This document shows, piece by piece, positions 38,011-51,867 of a stretch of 64,000 bases of DNA (the first letter of the stretch is position 1; every line of letters begins with the position of its first letter). Location: the NCBI GenBank assembly GCA_964252035.1, contig OZ176202.1. One strand, written 5' to 3'. The stretch comes from Podarcis erhardii. Its lineage: Eukaryota. The translations under genes and the position numbers were made by a program. Below the pieces are notes generated by a model, which saw only the letters and a program-made list of their open reading frames with translations, ran no database searches and was not told where the DNA came from.

Positions 38011-40954
38011 GGCATGCTCACTATTTTTTTTAGTTACATAGCTCTTTTAATGGCTATCTGGAATAGAAAGATTTGGGAGTATACAGGTAGAAGCAAATTA
38101 AAATTATAGTCTTCAACTTAATGGGTTTCCATTTATACTATGTAACAAAAAGGTTTCTTCTTCTTTTGGAAACACTATTACATTAAATTATCTTAGTGAT
38201 TAAAATTATTTTACAGACAGAGAATAAAAGTACAATGAATATTCCATAATGAATTGATACTGTGTAACATACATTCACTACATATAAAATTATATCAGTA
38301 CATACTACAGACCCAAGAATATCCAGCTAAATATAAAGTAAAGTAAAATGATTGCACCTAAGACTTAACTGGGAAGCACACAGGTGCTGAATAATCTGTA
38401 CTACAACATCCTCCCCAGACAAGACTACTGGAGTACAATCTAATAATTAGAACACAAAAGATGAAGGGGTAGAGTAGTAGACCATGACATCAACTTATCT
38501 GCTTCACAGAATCAAATGTTTGGAAACACATCTAAACTAGCCCACTAGAACTTCAGAAATTCTAAATAAATAAATGTCTGCTCATAAAGGAACAGCAAGG
38601 GAGAATACATTTTAAAATTAAATCCATGAATGAGAAGCCATTTCTAAGAATGCACAAAATAAGAGAAATCCTTTCCTGCCAACCTGACAAGACAAATCTA
38701 GATCTGTAAACATATAAAATTATGAGCCATTATAACACCTAGCAATTCCTAGAGTTCCTTGGGAAGAGTGATTCAAAGAATTGCAGTTGCTTATGGAAAC
38801 AGAGGTCTCCTACCAAATATCAGCACCCTTAACAAATGACTTTTCCCAGGATTCTTTGGGGGATGCCATAACTGTTTAAAGTGGCACGATACTGTTTTAA
38901 ATGTATAGTGCAGGTGGGGCCATATATCTGTTAAGAAGCAGCTTTCTAAAAAGAACTATCATGCTCATGACAAAACAATAAAGGGGCAAAACTTGAAAGG
39001 AAGGATCCTTAGTGTTGAGAGACCTTTGCTGAATATAGGGACTGCTCACTGGTTCACTTTTAAGATCTGTCAAATTGGTGGGATTCACAGACAGAGACTT
39101 CAAAGTACAGTGGTCTCCACTTTATGGATCTCCCTCTCAAGGGATGTGCTGTGTTCAAAAAGACAAACACCTGTTTCATGTGGTTTTTAACACGTTATTT
39201 TATTGTATGTACTTTTTATTGCTGTGGCTTTGGAAACTATTCTGTACTGCCTGAATTATATTTTAATGTATTCCTGCTTGTTTGTTTCTGCAATTTAATG
39301 TTTGAAACATCATGTTACATTATTGCAATTTTATGTTATATTGTAGTACACTGCTTTGAATAGACTTAATTCTAAGCAAACAGCTACATGGAAAGGTAAT
39401 GGTGGGCTATTAAGTCCTGTGTGAAGCCTCCAGCCAATGAAAAGCAAGGTCTCAGTTGCAGTAAAGTGTTCTAGTCGGGAAACAACCTTTATTTCACTTC
39501 AAGGCAGGGTGATGTGCAGAGATTTACTGGAGTCCTGTTATCACGCATCCTACAAAATTTTAAACCATAGACTATCAGGCTACATATTTCCTAGCTAATT
39601 TGTTCAGATTGCATTCAAAATTGCTGTACATCTTTGCTTCAAAATTTAAAAAAGGCAGTGCACAAACAGCAAACTTCCTGTTTAAAATTACATTCATTTA
39701 ACTGTGTAAACCCCCTGTTCATAAACTATGAATAGGGATGGTTATGAGATCTATGAGCTTAAATTTCAACCACTAATGTAAAGAGTTAATAAGTTCTTAG
39801 GACTCAAAATAGATGCACCTATTTTGCAGCTAATTTCCCCAAACTATTCTAAAATCAATTTTGCCAGCAATGTAGCCTCAACACAATGAGCTGATCTCTG
39901 TAAAAGAACATTTCCTTCCGTTCATACAGCAAGCATCCTGCAAATAAACAATTTCCCATTCTGCTAACTGATTGCTTTTGTTTACATACAGGAAACACAA
40001 CTGGCAGCAAGAGCAGAAAGTGGTTCATTTCCTATCATACTGATGTGTACATGAAGCAGGTATTACAGTAGCAGGTACTGCTACGTTTGATGTCTTTTTC
40101 AGAAGAAGCATGCTGATTAATGGCAATGCTGCACTGGGGCGGGGGGGTATTTAACCCATTGATCAAAAACTTCACTTATTTCATTCACATGAGGGACAAA
40201 ATAATACAAAATATACTGCAGGATTATGCAGATGAGGGAGCCTAAGCCTCCCTCATTTTACCTCTCCACTTCCATTGCTTCAACAAGACCTTCTAGGCCA
40301 GGCCGACAAATGCCTGAAGAAACAAAGTATGGTGGGGGAGGGTGGGAGGAAAGACAAGGTACCCTTCTCTAGTTGCACTCATTTTTAATATAAAAATCAG
40401 CCTTTCATGCTCTCACTCCAATTTAATGTGGCAGCCCAAATCACATCTAGTGCTGATAACACATCTAAAATGAGCATTTCCTTGCTTCCCACTAGCCCTC
40501 AAACTATTCTTATCATAGTGAGGAGAAACAACTGTAAGGATTTACAAGGATTCTTAACTTTGTCATGTCCCTTATAATCCAAAGCATCTTTAAATGATCA
40601 GCAAGCCAACAGCTCAGGAACTGAAAAAAGTCAATAGATGTGTACCAAGGCTGAGTTCAGAGCAGGAACTGGGTATGCAGAAAGGTCTGCTGCACACTTG
40701 AGAACCATGGACAGTGTGGCAAGATGCATTTAACAGTGATGGGAACACTGTAAAGCGTACACACGAGGAGTTCTGCCATAGTGGCTCATGTTTAAGAATT
40801 CTTTAACATGGATTCACTCAAATACTTGGCTTGTCCTCTCTCACCTCTCTTATCTAGTTCTTTCTACAATGTATTTCAGTTCCTTAATTTCACAATATGT
40901 ATAACCTGACCTGTAGTGTACCGCTCTTATTTGTTCTACATGAACTTCTTTCTT

Positions 40955-41990
40955 CTGCTTGTGGCCCATCTGTTCTCTGATTGTGATGGCTTGATTCACT
41001 ATTCTCCCCTAGGTAGGACATGAACACAGCATCACACTCCCCCCACTTGTGCTTTCCAGCAACTGACATTCAGGGCCATATTGCCTCCAATACTGGAGGA
41101 GGCAACTAATAGCCTTATTCTCCATGAACTTTTCTTTTAAAGGTGAGTAGTTTAGTGGAAATCACTACATCTTGTGGGAACAGTTTCCAGTTTAACTGAA
41201 TTAAGTACCATACTTCTTTTCATCTGTCATAAATCTTCCAACATGCAGCTTCATTGGATGGGCCCACTCTAGCATTGTGAGGGAATGGGGACTTCTGTCC
41301 ATCCACTTTTTCCTACAACTCCGTCATGTCCAAATGTTGTAATCTTTCCTCATAGGAGAATTGTTTCAATCCCTTGATAATTTTGGCTGCCTTAATCTGA
41401 ACATTCTCCAACTCTACGTCTTTTTTTGAGGTATGAAGACCAGAACTGAACACAGTATTCCAAGTATGATTTCATGACAGATTTGTATAATGGCATTATG
41501 ATACTAATTGTTTTCTTTTCAATCCTTTTCCTAATTATCACTAACATGAAATTCACATTTCTATAGTTAAGTTGACATCTTCATTGAGTTATCCACTACA
41601 ACTCCAAGATCACTTTACTGCTCAAACCACTGCAAAGTCACATATCTGTGAAGTTAGGCTTTTTGTTCCAGTGTGCATCACTTTACATTTTCTTACATTT
41701 AATCACATCTAATGGCCATTTACTCAGTTTGGAGATTTCATTTTGGATTCCTCAAAATCCCTTTTTATTTTAACCACAAGACTAATTCTTATACAAATCA
41801 CACTGATTCTTCATCAGCAAAACTTGTTCCTCAAGACTTGCTCAGTAATTTCCAGGAATAGATGTTAAGCTAACCAGATTGTCATTTCTCAGATCACTCC
41901 TGGATCCTGCCTTCCTCTTTTCAAGTGGCATTGGCCTCTTTCCAGTCCTCAAGTATAGAGGCTGATCTTACAGACAAATTACACTGGGTT
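40955..41990 (-). mobile_element. Old CR1 LINE fragment (3' UTR plus degenerate ORF2 end)
   Basis: Plus-strand GGTATGAAGACCAGAACTGAACACAGTATTCCAAG and TTTCCAGCAACTGACATTCAG are reverse complements of CR1 ORF2 and 3' UTR segments. The copy is heavily decayed. Confidence 0.7.
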
Positions 41991-42224
41991 ATATCCGATA
42001 GTGTTGATCAGCTGACAGCAAGGCTTCTCTCAGAAGAATGGAGAGAATTGTTTTTTTCACAATTCCCCTCCACATTCCCCTTAAATTTGCTCAAGCTGAC
42101 CCCTCCAGAGCAATTTTGGAGGAACTTGGGAGCTGCAGGGAGTAGTGGGGTTCACTGAAAATTGTTTTTCTCCCCATTCTTCTGATAGATGTTTTGCTAT
42201 CAGCTGAGCAACACAGTTGGATAT
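41991..42224. repeat. Palindromic foldback MITE-like element with arms of about 60 bp
   Basis: The left arm GTGTTGATCAGCTGACAGCAAGGCTTCTCTCAGAAGAATGGAGAGAA pairs with the right arm TTCTCCCCATTCTTCTGATAGATGTTTTGCTATCAGCTGAGCAACAC. The centre is CTCCAGAGCAATTTTGGAG. Confidence 0.8.
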
Positions 42225-45200
42225 CTTCTAACAAAAGTATGGATCATAAACAAGTTCATATTTGAGTTCTTTAAGAACTCTTGGGTGGGTGTCATCTGTC
42301 CTTACATAGTTGCCTATCTCACTTGTCTTGACTTGTCATCACTGAGGCTGAAATGCTTCATCAGCTGAGCCCCCCCCCCCCGTCCCCCAACATGCTTGGG
42401 CAGTGCCACAATCACAAGACAACTTTAATCAGAAATATAAGGAATGGTAAATATATGAATCAAGTACACTGATTCTTGAAATTGACCTGAAAAAGAGTTA
42501 CAACAGTTGAATATTTAGTGGTGGTAACTGCAAGATTTGGGCCAAAATCTTGCCTCGAAATCTTCTAGAACATAGATGGTCATTATTGAATCAAGTAGCA
42601 TTGTGAAAGCCATTAGTTAAGGATTTATGGTAAAGCTTCTAGAAAGAAGCTGGTCAAGATCTCAAGCAGGCTACTAAGATTCAACACAGTAAGCACATCT
42701 CAGTAAATAATCATTCTACCATTCCCTATGTTTTTGAAGTCCAGGCTGTGAGCACTAATATATTAGTGAGCTTGGGAGAGCCCAAGTTGCTCAGAAGTAC
42801 AAAAATGCTTAGGAGATAAAAACCAAGAGGGGAACACAAAATAACCCAATGAGAGCTATGCTTACTCAATGGCCAACAAATACTGACTGATATTTGGAGG
42901 GAAGGGTAGAAAACCAGAGAAGAAATGAACTGAGTTGTGTTATCATGCATTAGAGCATGGATGAGTGATAGTAACAGTGAACAGAACTCGCAAAGCTACA
43001 ACATTTTGCTTCAGATCTCTTGTATATTACAAACAAGCATTGCACCATTGACGGCTCATTTGTATTAATCATAGTCTGAATATGTGAGTGTCTATGTAGA
43101 GAATTATTACTAAGCACAATTACATAAAAAATAAATTGAAAGTTTGTGAGAACATACAAAATAATCCTGTAGGTGCCTTTCCTTTCAGTGACTTACTATA
43201 CTGTTATACACTGCAAGGGGGGGGGGGAATCTGTACTGTGTGTAGTTGAAACTAAGTGACCTTGATCTAGCTCCTCAAGCATCAAACTACCTTTGTTGGA
43301 TAGGCAGAAGTAGAGTAACTTTCCAACTGCCACAGCTTGTGATGAAAATACACAATCTGCAGCTGTTCAGCTACACTACCTACCAAAATCAAGTGAATGC
43401 TAAAAATGCACACACACCAGTACTTAATGTTATTTTTAAAAGCAGCTGTTATTTTGAAATGTCATTAACTCCTATAGTATTTATGCTATGCTTTAGAAAA
43501 GGCTATTTACAACTATAATTGTTGCTTTTAAAATGGAAGCAAGTGATTAAATCACACCATGTGAAACATATATAGAACACATCATCTTCTCACTCAAGTT
43601 TTTTGGAAGGCCATACAAAATAAATCTATTTAAGGCAAATATCTATCATGATCATTTTAACGAAGCTTATAAATTTCTTATACATTAATAAACTAATTTC
43701 AAGGTTCCACAATACAGGTTACAATTCTGACCACACTGGGCTTATATATATATGAGCAATTCACTGGGAACATTTATGCAAGCAACCCTGGATGTAGCAT
43801 GCAACCATTCATATAGTTTCAATGGCATTTGTGCCAGAGACATTTCCACTGAACGGTGTCCTCAGTAGCAATAAGAAATAATGTGTTAACAAATGGTAGA
43901 CCTTACTATAGGTTACTATGTGTTATAAGACCTTTTAAAGGGGATTATTTATTACACTTTTAACAAATACTATTCTTTAGGGTTTTCACAACTTCACTCC
44001 TATCTACGTTGAGTTTTTACAATACATATTCTGAAAAATATTTTAAACAAAATCTGTAAATACTTTGTTTTGCATGCTATTCCATCTATGAAAACCCCTG
44101 ATTCCAGTTTATTCCCACCCACCTCTCCAACCCCCATATGTGGTCAACTCTGGAAATTGTACATTAACATCACATTTGTTTTCCCTCTTTTAAACAAAGT
44201 ACCACTCAACACAATCATTTGTAGTGGTACAGCTGGTATACGAAGCCCATGGAGGACAATTGTACTGCTGGTCAAACAGCAAATGTGTTAGCTTACCTCA
44301 AATGGCTCAGCAAGAATAATCTTGCTGGAATGTTGCTTGGAGGTTACAGTAGAAAAATGAAACTATGTACTGTATTTGCATGTAAGCCACAATTGAGATT
44401 TCAGTAGGACAGAGTTTATTTCCATGTTAGTGAAAGATGTTTGAATAAATTGTCTAAACCAAGATGCAATACATCAATGGCAGGGTCCATCATCTGGTGA
44501 TAAAATCAGCCTCATTAGGAAGTTGAAGGAGCAAGTGATGACTCAACAGCTTATTTTAACTCTGTCTAGGAACTTGGTTTAATTTTCATCTTACTTATCA
44601 ATGAAATTAAATTCTACCTCTAGGTTTCTCTCCTATCCTTTTATTTTCACTCCTCAACTTCCCAACAAAGCTTTCTTCCCAACTTTGAAGCTTTAGAGGT
44701 GAGTGGAGGCCATCCAGACAAGTATGTGGTTATGTCTGCCACCTCCAAAATTGTAAGGAATGATGGAAATTAGCAGCTGCATTGCCAAAATGTCTGATGA
44801 GCCTTGGCCACACAGGGCCAAACCAACAACCCCCATACTGGATCTTCCTACTTTGGAACAGGAATGGAATGCTATTTTCTGAAGGCACTCAGAGTGTTTT
44901 CAAACCAGCAGTACCAAACCTGGTACACTTCCTACTGGTCTTTTCTTTGAGAAATGCCTGTTAGATTATTGCCCAGAGAGAAGAGGGCTGGAGGCTTGAT
45001 TGGGAGGTGGGTGTCTACTAGCTAGACTTTTTGGCTTGGTGAGGAACGCCAACCAAAAATGGTAGACCCCTGTCCTTTACACATTCCAACCATGTAGATG
45101 CTGACACTATTACAACAACCTAAACCCAGTGCTCTTTATCAAGCCACATATATCTGGAGAGGTGCCGTATTTTCAGTACTGCAAGTCTCAAGCTGGAAGC

Positions 45201-46294
45201 TTTCTGATTAGATCACTTGTGCCCCTTGTGCTAAGGCTGACAAGAGCATTCTCTTTGAATGCTTCACTACCCAGACAATCCATTGTTTCTCTGACTTGTC
45301 TTAAATACTTCCAGATCAGGCCTGATCAACAGCCAGATCTTGGTCTTATTTCCATTTGGCTGTAGTCTTCCTCTAGCTGCCTCTGCTTGTCAGCTGCAAA
45401 TACATTCTCACTTCCCTGCTTTTTCCCCTCTGAGTCTTCCAAATTTCTTGCCCACCTACCTTCCAGGCAGCTCACTGCTTGACTGCAACCCTGCTTCAGC
45501 CTCTCTAAATGGAATAGATTGACCTCCCTATGCTTTGTTCATTTGGTCTCTACATCTTAAAATGTTCCTAGAACCTTCTGTAATACTCCACAGATATCTG
45601 CTCTATTCAGTCATCTTGCTAGGACTTTCCACATGCCATGCTGTTTTGCAACAAATATAAAGGGATAAATCCTAAACATACAAGCTATTTCCATGAAGTT
45701 TGTTCTAATTTCAACACAAATTGAGCCCAGTACTCTATTCTGTATCTCTAATAAATAAAGGAAGACATACTGCTTATGGGTCACTGATATTTAAATACAA
45801 TTAAGTATGTGGGTATTCAATTCTAATCAGAACATTCTTATTGTATCTGTATTTTTGTTCCCTATACCATAATTTCATTCTCCAGCTCTCCATTTTCTGG
45901 ATGCTTTGCCACACTGGGATTTGAAAAGCTAAAAAGGCACAAAAGAAACACTAAATACTATGATCCTATGCAGAAGGTATGCCCACATTGCCAGACCAAC
46001 ATTTCTCTCTGTAAACTGCTCCCAACTTTGCTGCTACAATGACCAGCTGGAGATACTATAGAACACTTCTCATGTTAATAAATATTCAAAGTCACCTAAC
46101 ATGACTATTTATTTATTATACATGTTTTATTCATGTTGAACAGCTGTCAGTTGTAGGGGTTCTTTTTCTTCTTACTACAGTTCTTACTACAGAATATTTA
46201 CACAGGAGTGTGTGACTATCCAGAGTGGTTCACACTGTGTAGACAGTGAAGTACATGTTATAATATTCTTGCGAGGAAACTGGTAAAATGTGCA

Positions 46295-47270
46295 TTGAAC
46301 AAGGTGGATTTATAGCTGGTTGGCTGGCTCAACCCAAAGAGTACTCATTAATGGTCCCTTGTCAACTGGGAAAAAAGTGACAAGTGGGGTGCCACACTGT
46401 TCTGTCCTGGGCCCATTATTGTTTAACGTCTTTATAAATGACTTGGATGAAGGAATTGAGGGGATGCTCATCAAATTTGCAGATGACACCAAACTGCGAG
46501 GGGTAGCTAATGCTGCAGAAGACAGAATCAGAATTCAAAATGACCATAACAGATTGGAGAACTGGACGCAAGCTAACAAAATAAATTTCAATAGGGACAA
46601 ATGTAAGGTCCTACACTTAGGCAGGAAGAACCAGATGCACAAGCTTAACTTGAGTCAACAGTGTGATGCAGCAGCAAAAAAACTAACACTTTGCTAGACT
46701 GCATCAACAGAAGTACAGTGTCCAGATCAAAGGAAGCAATAGTACCACTCTATTATGCCTTGGTCAGGCCACACTTGGAATACTGTGTCCAATTCTGGGC
46801 ACCACAATTTAAGAAGGATGTTGAGAAGCTGGAACGTGTGTAGAGGAGGGCAACCAAGATGATCAAGGGTCTGGAAATGAAGCCTTACAAGGAGTGCTTG
46901 AAGGAACTGGATATGTTTAGCCTGGAAAAGAGGAGACTAAGAGGAGATATGATAGCCATCTTCAAATATCTTAAGGGCTGTCACATGTAAGAGGGAACAT
47001 GCTTGTTTTCTCCTGTTCTGGACGGTAGGACTCGAACCAATGGCTTGAAGTTATATGAAAGAAGATTCTGACTAAACATTTGGAAAAACTTTCTGACAGT
47101 AACAGCTTTTCAACAGTGGAACCCCACAAGAGGTGGTGGACTCTCCTTCATTGGAAGTTTTTAAGCTGAGGTTGGATGGCCATCTGTCATGGATGCTTTA
47201 GCTGAGATTCCTGCTTTGCAGGGGGTTGGACAAGATGACCCTTGGGTCCCTTCCACCTCTATGATTATAA
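46295..47270 (+). mobile_element. 5'-truncated CR1 LINE (C-terminal RT region and 3' UTR)
   Basis: ORF 46320..46697 gives GVPHCSVLGPLLFNVFINDLDEG...KFADDTKL (CR1 RT motifs, FADD). Downstream [13 protein letters not shown]-like sequence has stops and frameshifts. The element ends CCCTTCCACCTCTATGATTATAATTCT. Confidence 0.93.
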
Positions 47271-49201
47271 TTCTCACCCAATTAAAGAAAGTCAAATAAC
47301 TACATGAGTTTGGAAGAACAATCCTAGCCCCCCCCCCCAATTCACTGGCTGGAGGAGGCGCTGGTGAAGAGCTGCACTGGTAGATAGGCACATCTGCTGC
47401 ACAGGCCCCTGCTGCACACTGGCAGATACTTCTATGAGCATAGTTCTACTGCTGGTAGTAGACAATGTTAGGCCCCGTTCATTCCAGGCGTGGGGTAGAG
47501 GCAGTCTTCAATCTGAAACCCTTCATTCCTTGAAGAAGCTTCAGGATCATAATCATCAACAATGCCAGTTTGGAACTGGCATAATTAATTATCCTGCATT
47601 GGTTATTTTTTATTTTTTGGAGGGGGGCATTTTATTAAAAGGAGATCCACCAAGGACAGACAGAAAAACCTGTCCCCCTCCAACCCTGGCCAGCACAACC
47701 TTGGAAACACTTCTTCCTCTACTGTTATTAGAAGTATTTACACAGGAGCAAATAAACATCTACTCAATTAGTTGGGGGAACTTTTTACTTCATCAGTTTT
47801 AAAATCAATTCTTCCACAACTTTTTGTAAATGCTGCATTTATTTAATTTAGTGCCATCAATGTACATGAGGCAGACATTTCAAAACTCTGATTAAACAAG
47901 TGTTTCTCACACATCAAAATAGCTTGACAAAATATTCTAACTATTCAAAGAAAACTGAAAAGATAGGAGTTTGCAAGATTGAAATTATGTTAATGAATTA
48001 CAAAAGTACAGGTAGTCAACTTTTATTCCAGAAATTTATTCCGTTGCAAATTAACAGATGATGTCAAATATTCCAAGTGTCTTCTATAAAAGCCAAATGA
48101 GCTGATTACTTACAAGACACCTGCCAATCAACCTTGACAAATCCAGAAACATGGAAATGGATTCACAAACCTAACTAAAGTGCATGGATAAGAGCACAGA
48201 AAATGTAAGTAGCTTTTACAAACAGAATGTAAACAATTTGACTTATTGTGGTCATGTTATAAAGCATACCAAGTGAGTAGATTATGCTCTAACCCTCTGT
48301 CAGGTCTAGGGATAGACGTGACACTGAAGTAGATTTTAAAATGAGGCCATAAAATGAGGTCATACATATAAAGTAACATCCATCAAGACAATTTCAGTTG
48401 TAACATTCAATGATGGAATTTACCAATGTGAGAAACAACAAGCAGAAGCAGAAGTGGCCAACTATCTCAATCTACTCCTTGTAGCATCAACCTACAAGAA
48501 AAGCCTACTGCTGGGTAACAGACAACATTAGTCACAGCCTGCATAAACAAACCAAATAAATAAATATTTACTCCAGTCTTGAAACTTATGCAACTCAAAC
48601 CTGTGGATGATTACCCAGAAGTAACTCCCACTAAGGGCAGTTGGGCTTTCTCCCCAGGAAGCATGCCTAGGGTTAGGGAAGAGCAATTAAAACTGGAGCT
48701 GGGATGGCACTGACCAGTCAATTGACCACTACAACTGCAGCCCTATAGCTCCCTGACAGCCATAGTAGAGGACATGAGGCAATAATCCTCTGTTTTTAGC
48801 TGTGGCAACTCTGAGCTGACACAGCAGAGGAGCCCATATTAGGCCCCTTGTCAGGAAATGGGGCAGTTTTGAATATACTGAATTGGACACTGCACAACTT
48901 TAATACCTCATTTGGGGGCTTTATTATGGCTGCTAGGGGCAGGAACATCGCGCTTGGTCAGAGCGTACCATGGGGGCCTCCACAGTGGCAAAGCTTTTTC
49001 TAACCCCTTCCAGTATCAAATAATGGGATTTGAGATTCTTCACTAGGCCTACAGAGGAAATCCCAAGAATGCTTATTAGGAAATTCTATTGAAATTGACA
49101 AGACTATCTTCCAAGTGAATATTCAGAATCTTAATATTGGAAGTAATGAATGATGAAGTGTTTGACATTGGCCCAAGAAAAATGTCATCTTGGCTTAGAC
49201 C

Positions 49202-50000
49202 CAGTAGCGTAGGAAGCGGCATGTGGTGGGTGCGGGCTGCCCTGGGTGTCATCACTGAGGGGGGTGACAAAATGGCAAAAATGTGTTTTTTAAATAAATA
49301 AAAGTTGGGCTCATGACACATTTTTTGAAAAAATAACTCCCTCACCCACCACACCCCCTTCCTACACCACTGTGGGCAGCCAATGCACCCATGTGGCGCC
49401 TAGCGAGTGGAAAACCGTCTGGCGACAGGCAGCGCTTTTCCTTCACCACCGACGAAGGGGCAGGCTGGGATGGTCTCAGCACCGGGTGTGGCTGGGCAGT
49501 GGCTGCTGAGGCCACCCAAAACCTCCCGGAGCATCCTCGATGGACCACAAGCCCAGTGGACACAGTGGAGCAGCTCCACCCAGTTAGGACAGGTAAGTTC
49601 AGGTGTGGCGGTCACCAATGCAGCTCTGTGTGTTTCTCTCTCTCCACTAGCTAATGAAACTGTGGGATCCTGCTGGGCTCGTTTTCTGCCAGCTAGGTGA
49701 GGCAGGGGACACTGGGCGCCACACCGCGGGGCCTGCAGTGTACCTGAGCCATGCGTCTCTCCTGAGGGTGAAGCGGCGGGTGGACTGCCTGCAAGCTCAG
49801 CACTGCTTTTTTGAGCAGCGCAGGGCTTGCGTCTGCCCACCACCTCAGCCAACTTATAGCTGAGGGGGAGGTTGCGGAGAGGTTCCACGCAGCGTACCCT
49901 GCCTTGGCTTGCCCCCCCCCCCCCATGGGCAGTTCGCTTCGCCCCCAGCTGCCGGGCGCGTGCGCCGCACCAGGCACCCAATTGGCTAGCTACACTGCTG
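49202..50000. mobile_element. Composite non-autonomous hAT element, 799 bp
   Basis: Exact 8-bp TSD CTTAGACC at 49194-49201 and 50001-50008. Ends CAGTAGCGTAG / CTACACTGCTG. An internal TIR-like copy CCTACACCACTG ends at 49372. Confidence 0.85.
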
Positions 50001-51867
50001 CTTAGACCATCTATACAATTTTTTTCAAAAGTGCAGAAATATTATCTCATTCTTCCTTTTCAAGTTCAAAGCAGTAATTTATATGAACATTCAGAGTAAG
50101 CCAACAATTCTGAAGCCAAACTGTGTTTTTAATGTCCTTAAAGTTGCACTAATGGAATAATTTCATCTGTAATTATTTCTTAGGTAGCAAGCAGATTTTT
50201 CATTGGAGTCCTACATTTCATGTTTTCCATCAACAATAGCTCAGAAAACAGCACAGATAAATGATAACCGTAATGAGCCCAATATCCTTCCTAAATCCAA
50301 ATGCAGCACCTCTACATTTCAATCCTCTGTATTGATATGCAGTCTAAGGGTGCTGATATTCGGGTGGGGGGGAGGAAACATTTTTACTCTTCAGAGCCTG
50401 ACCCAAGCAGAAGACAGGCCACAACAACAGCGCAGTCTCTATTTCATACTGTGATCCTATGAATGGAGAGAAGCATATCTACACTACTTGCACAGTCACC
50501 TAGTTCATAGGAAGAAAAATATCATGCACTAATAAAGAACTGTTCGATGGCCACTTTTTGTACAAACAAAATACAAGTGTATTAGCTACACAGAAGCTAA
50601 TGAAACATGACTTGGAGTAGCATCATTTTGTCCAAAATTAACAACAAAAACACAAAACGATCAGGGCACTAGCATTTTATAAGCAGCAAATGCTAGGATA
50701 TAACCTAGCAAAGTCAGAAGCCAGCTCTGAACTGTACTGTACTTTCTGGACGATGCAAGAAAGCCATCTAGTGTTAACATTTAGGAATGAAAATTGAACA
50801 CAAAAATAAGGTAAAAGAATTCACAGCAGTCTTTTTGTTAGCAAGAATCTTTACTACAAAAATATAGATACCTGTTTTCAAACAATGTTTTGCTAACAAC
50901 CAACCCGATAAAAATAGGATAACCATGCTGCAAGTATTCAAAGGTGTCCTCTAACATACATTAAAAATGTAGCTTACAAACTCACTTTATATGTTAATAG
51001 GTGCATTAGATAATTATCAGCTTCAGAACAGTCTATTGTCAAAATAAAGCACTGAGCTAGCTACCCAATAACAGTGGAAAGCCCTGCACATGTTGTTAAA
51101 CCAAAATCCATAAAATAATGGTAAAAGTTTTCCACAAAACTACAAAGGCACTTGCATTCCATTAAATGCAGCATAAGACAAAACATTAACAAGGAGAAAG
51201 CTTTCATTTAAAAAAATGAATTGGTGGTCATGCTTCAGACTCGAAGAAAAACAAGGGGGTAGCAGAGAAGGGGGGGAGAAAACACACAGGACATCGTTTG
51301 CCATTTGCTATACATAAAAATCAAACTGCTGAAAAATCATTTAGCTGGACCAGAAAATAACCGTATTCTAGCACCTACGATTGATGTACATACATTTGTT
51401 TTTCAAAACCAAAGGGAAGAGAAGATTGCCCCATTTCCTCCCTTCCGATAAGCCCATTTGGGGAAGGGGGAACCTTATAAAAACATCCCAGCAATTAGCA
51501 CACAGCATTCCTTAAAAAGTTAGACTAAACTTGAGGTGCCGGTTTTAGACAACTGTCCAGCGAAATGACGTCGGCAGTCCAACAGATACCACCGTTGTGC
51601 CAACCTATGCCCTAGTCCAAGCAGAATCATTTGTTTTGCAAAACTTATAAATAACAACAGTAGATGAAATCAAGCGATGCCTGGCAATGCTGCAGCAGGC
51701 ACAAAAGCTGTGCGCGAGAGAGGCGAACTCTGTGCTGGGCGGGGGGGGGGGGGAGAGGCGAATTCCGACCCCTAGCTATTTTTCCACCCACGGGAGTGGG
51801 GGTGGCTAAGCAGAGATCCCTGAGGGAGGGAGGAAAAGGCAACTCCCTCCTGCCTTCGCCTCCTCAC

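Noticed and set aside
49391-50099. Cluster of 64-193-aa ORFs on both strands
   Set aside because: These arise from the stop-poor GC-rich interior of the composite hAT element. No transposase motifs are present.
51566-51654. Near-CRE TGACGTCG and MEF2-like TTATAAATAA in the intron near the promoter
   Set aside because: Both are imperfect or AT-rich short matches that are common by chance, and there is no supporting evidence.
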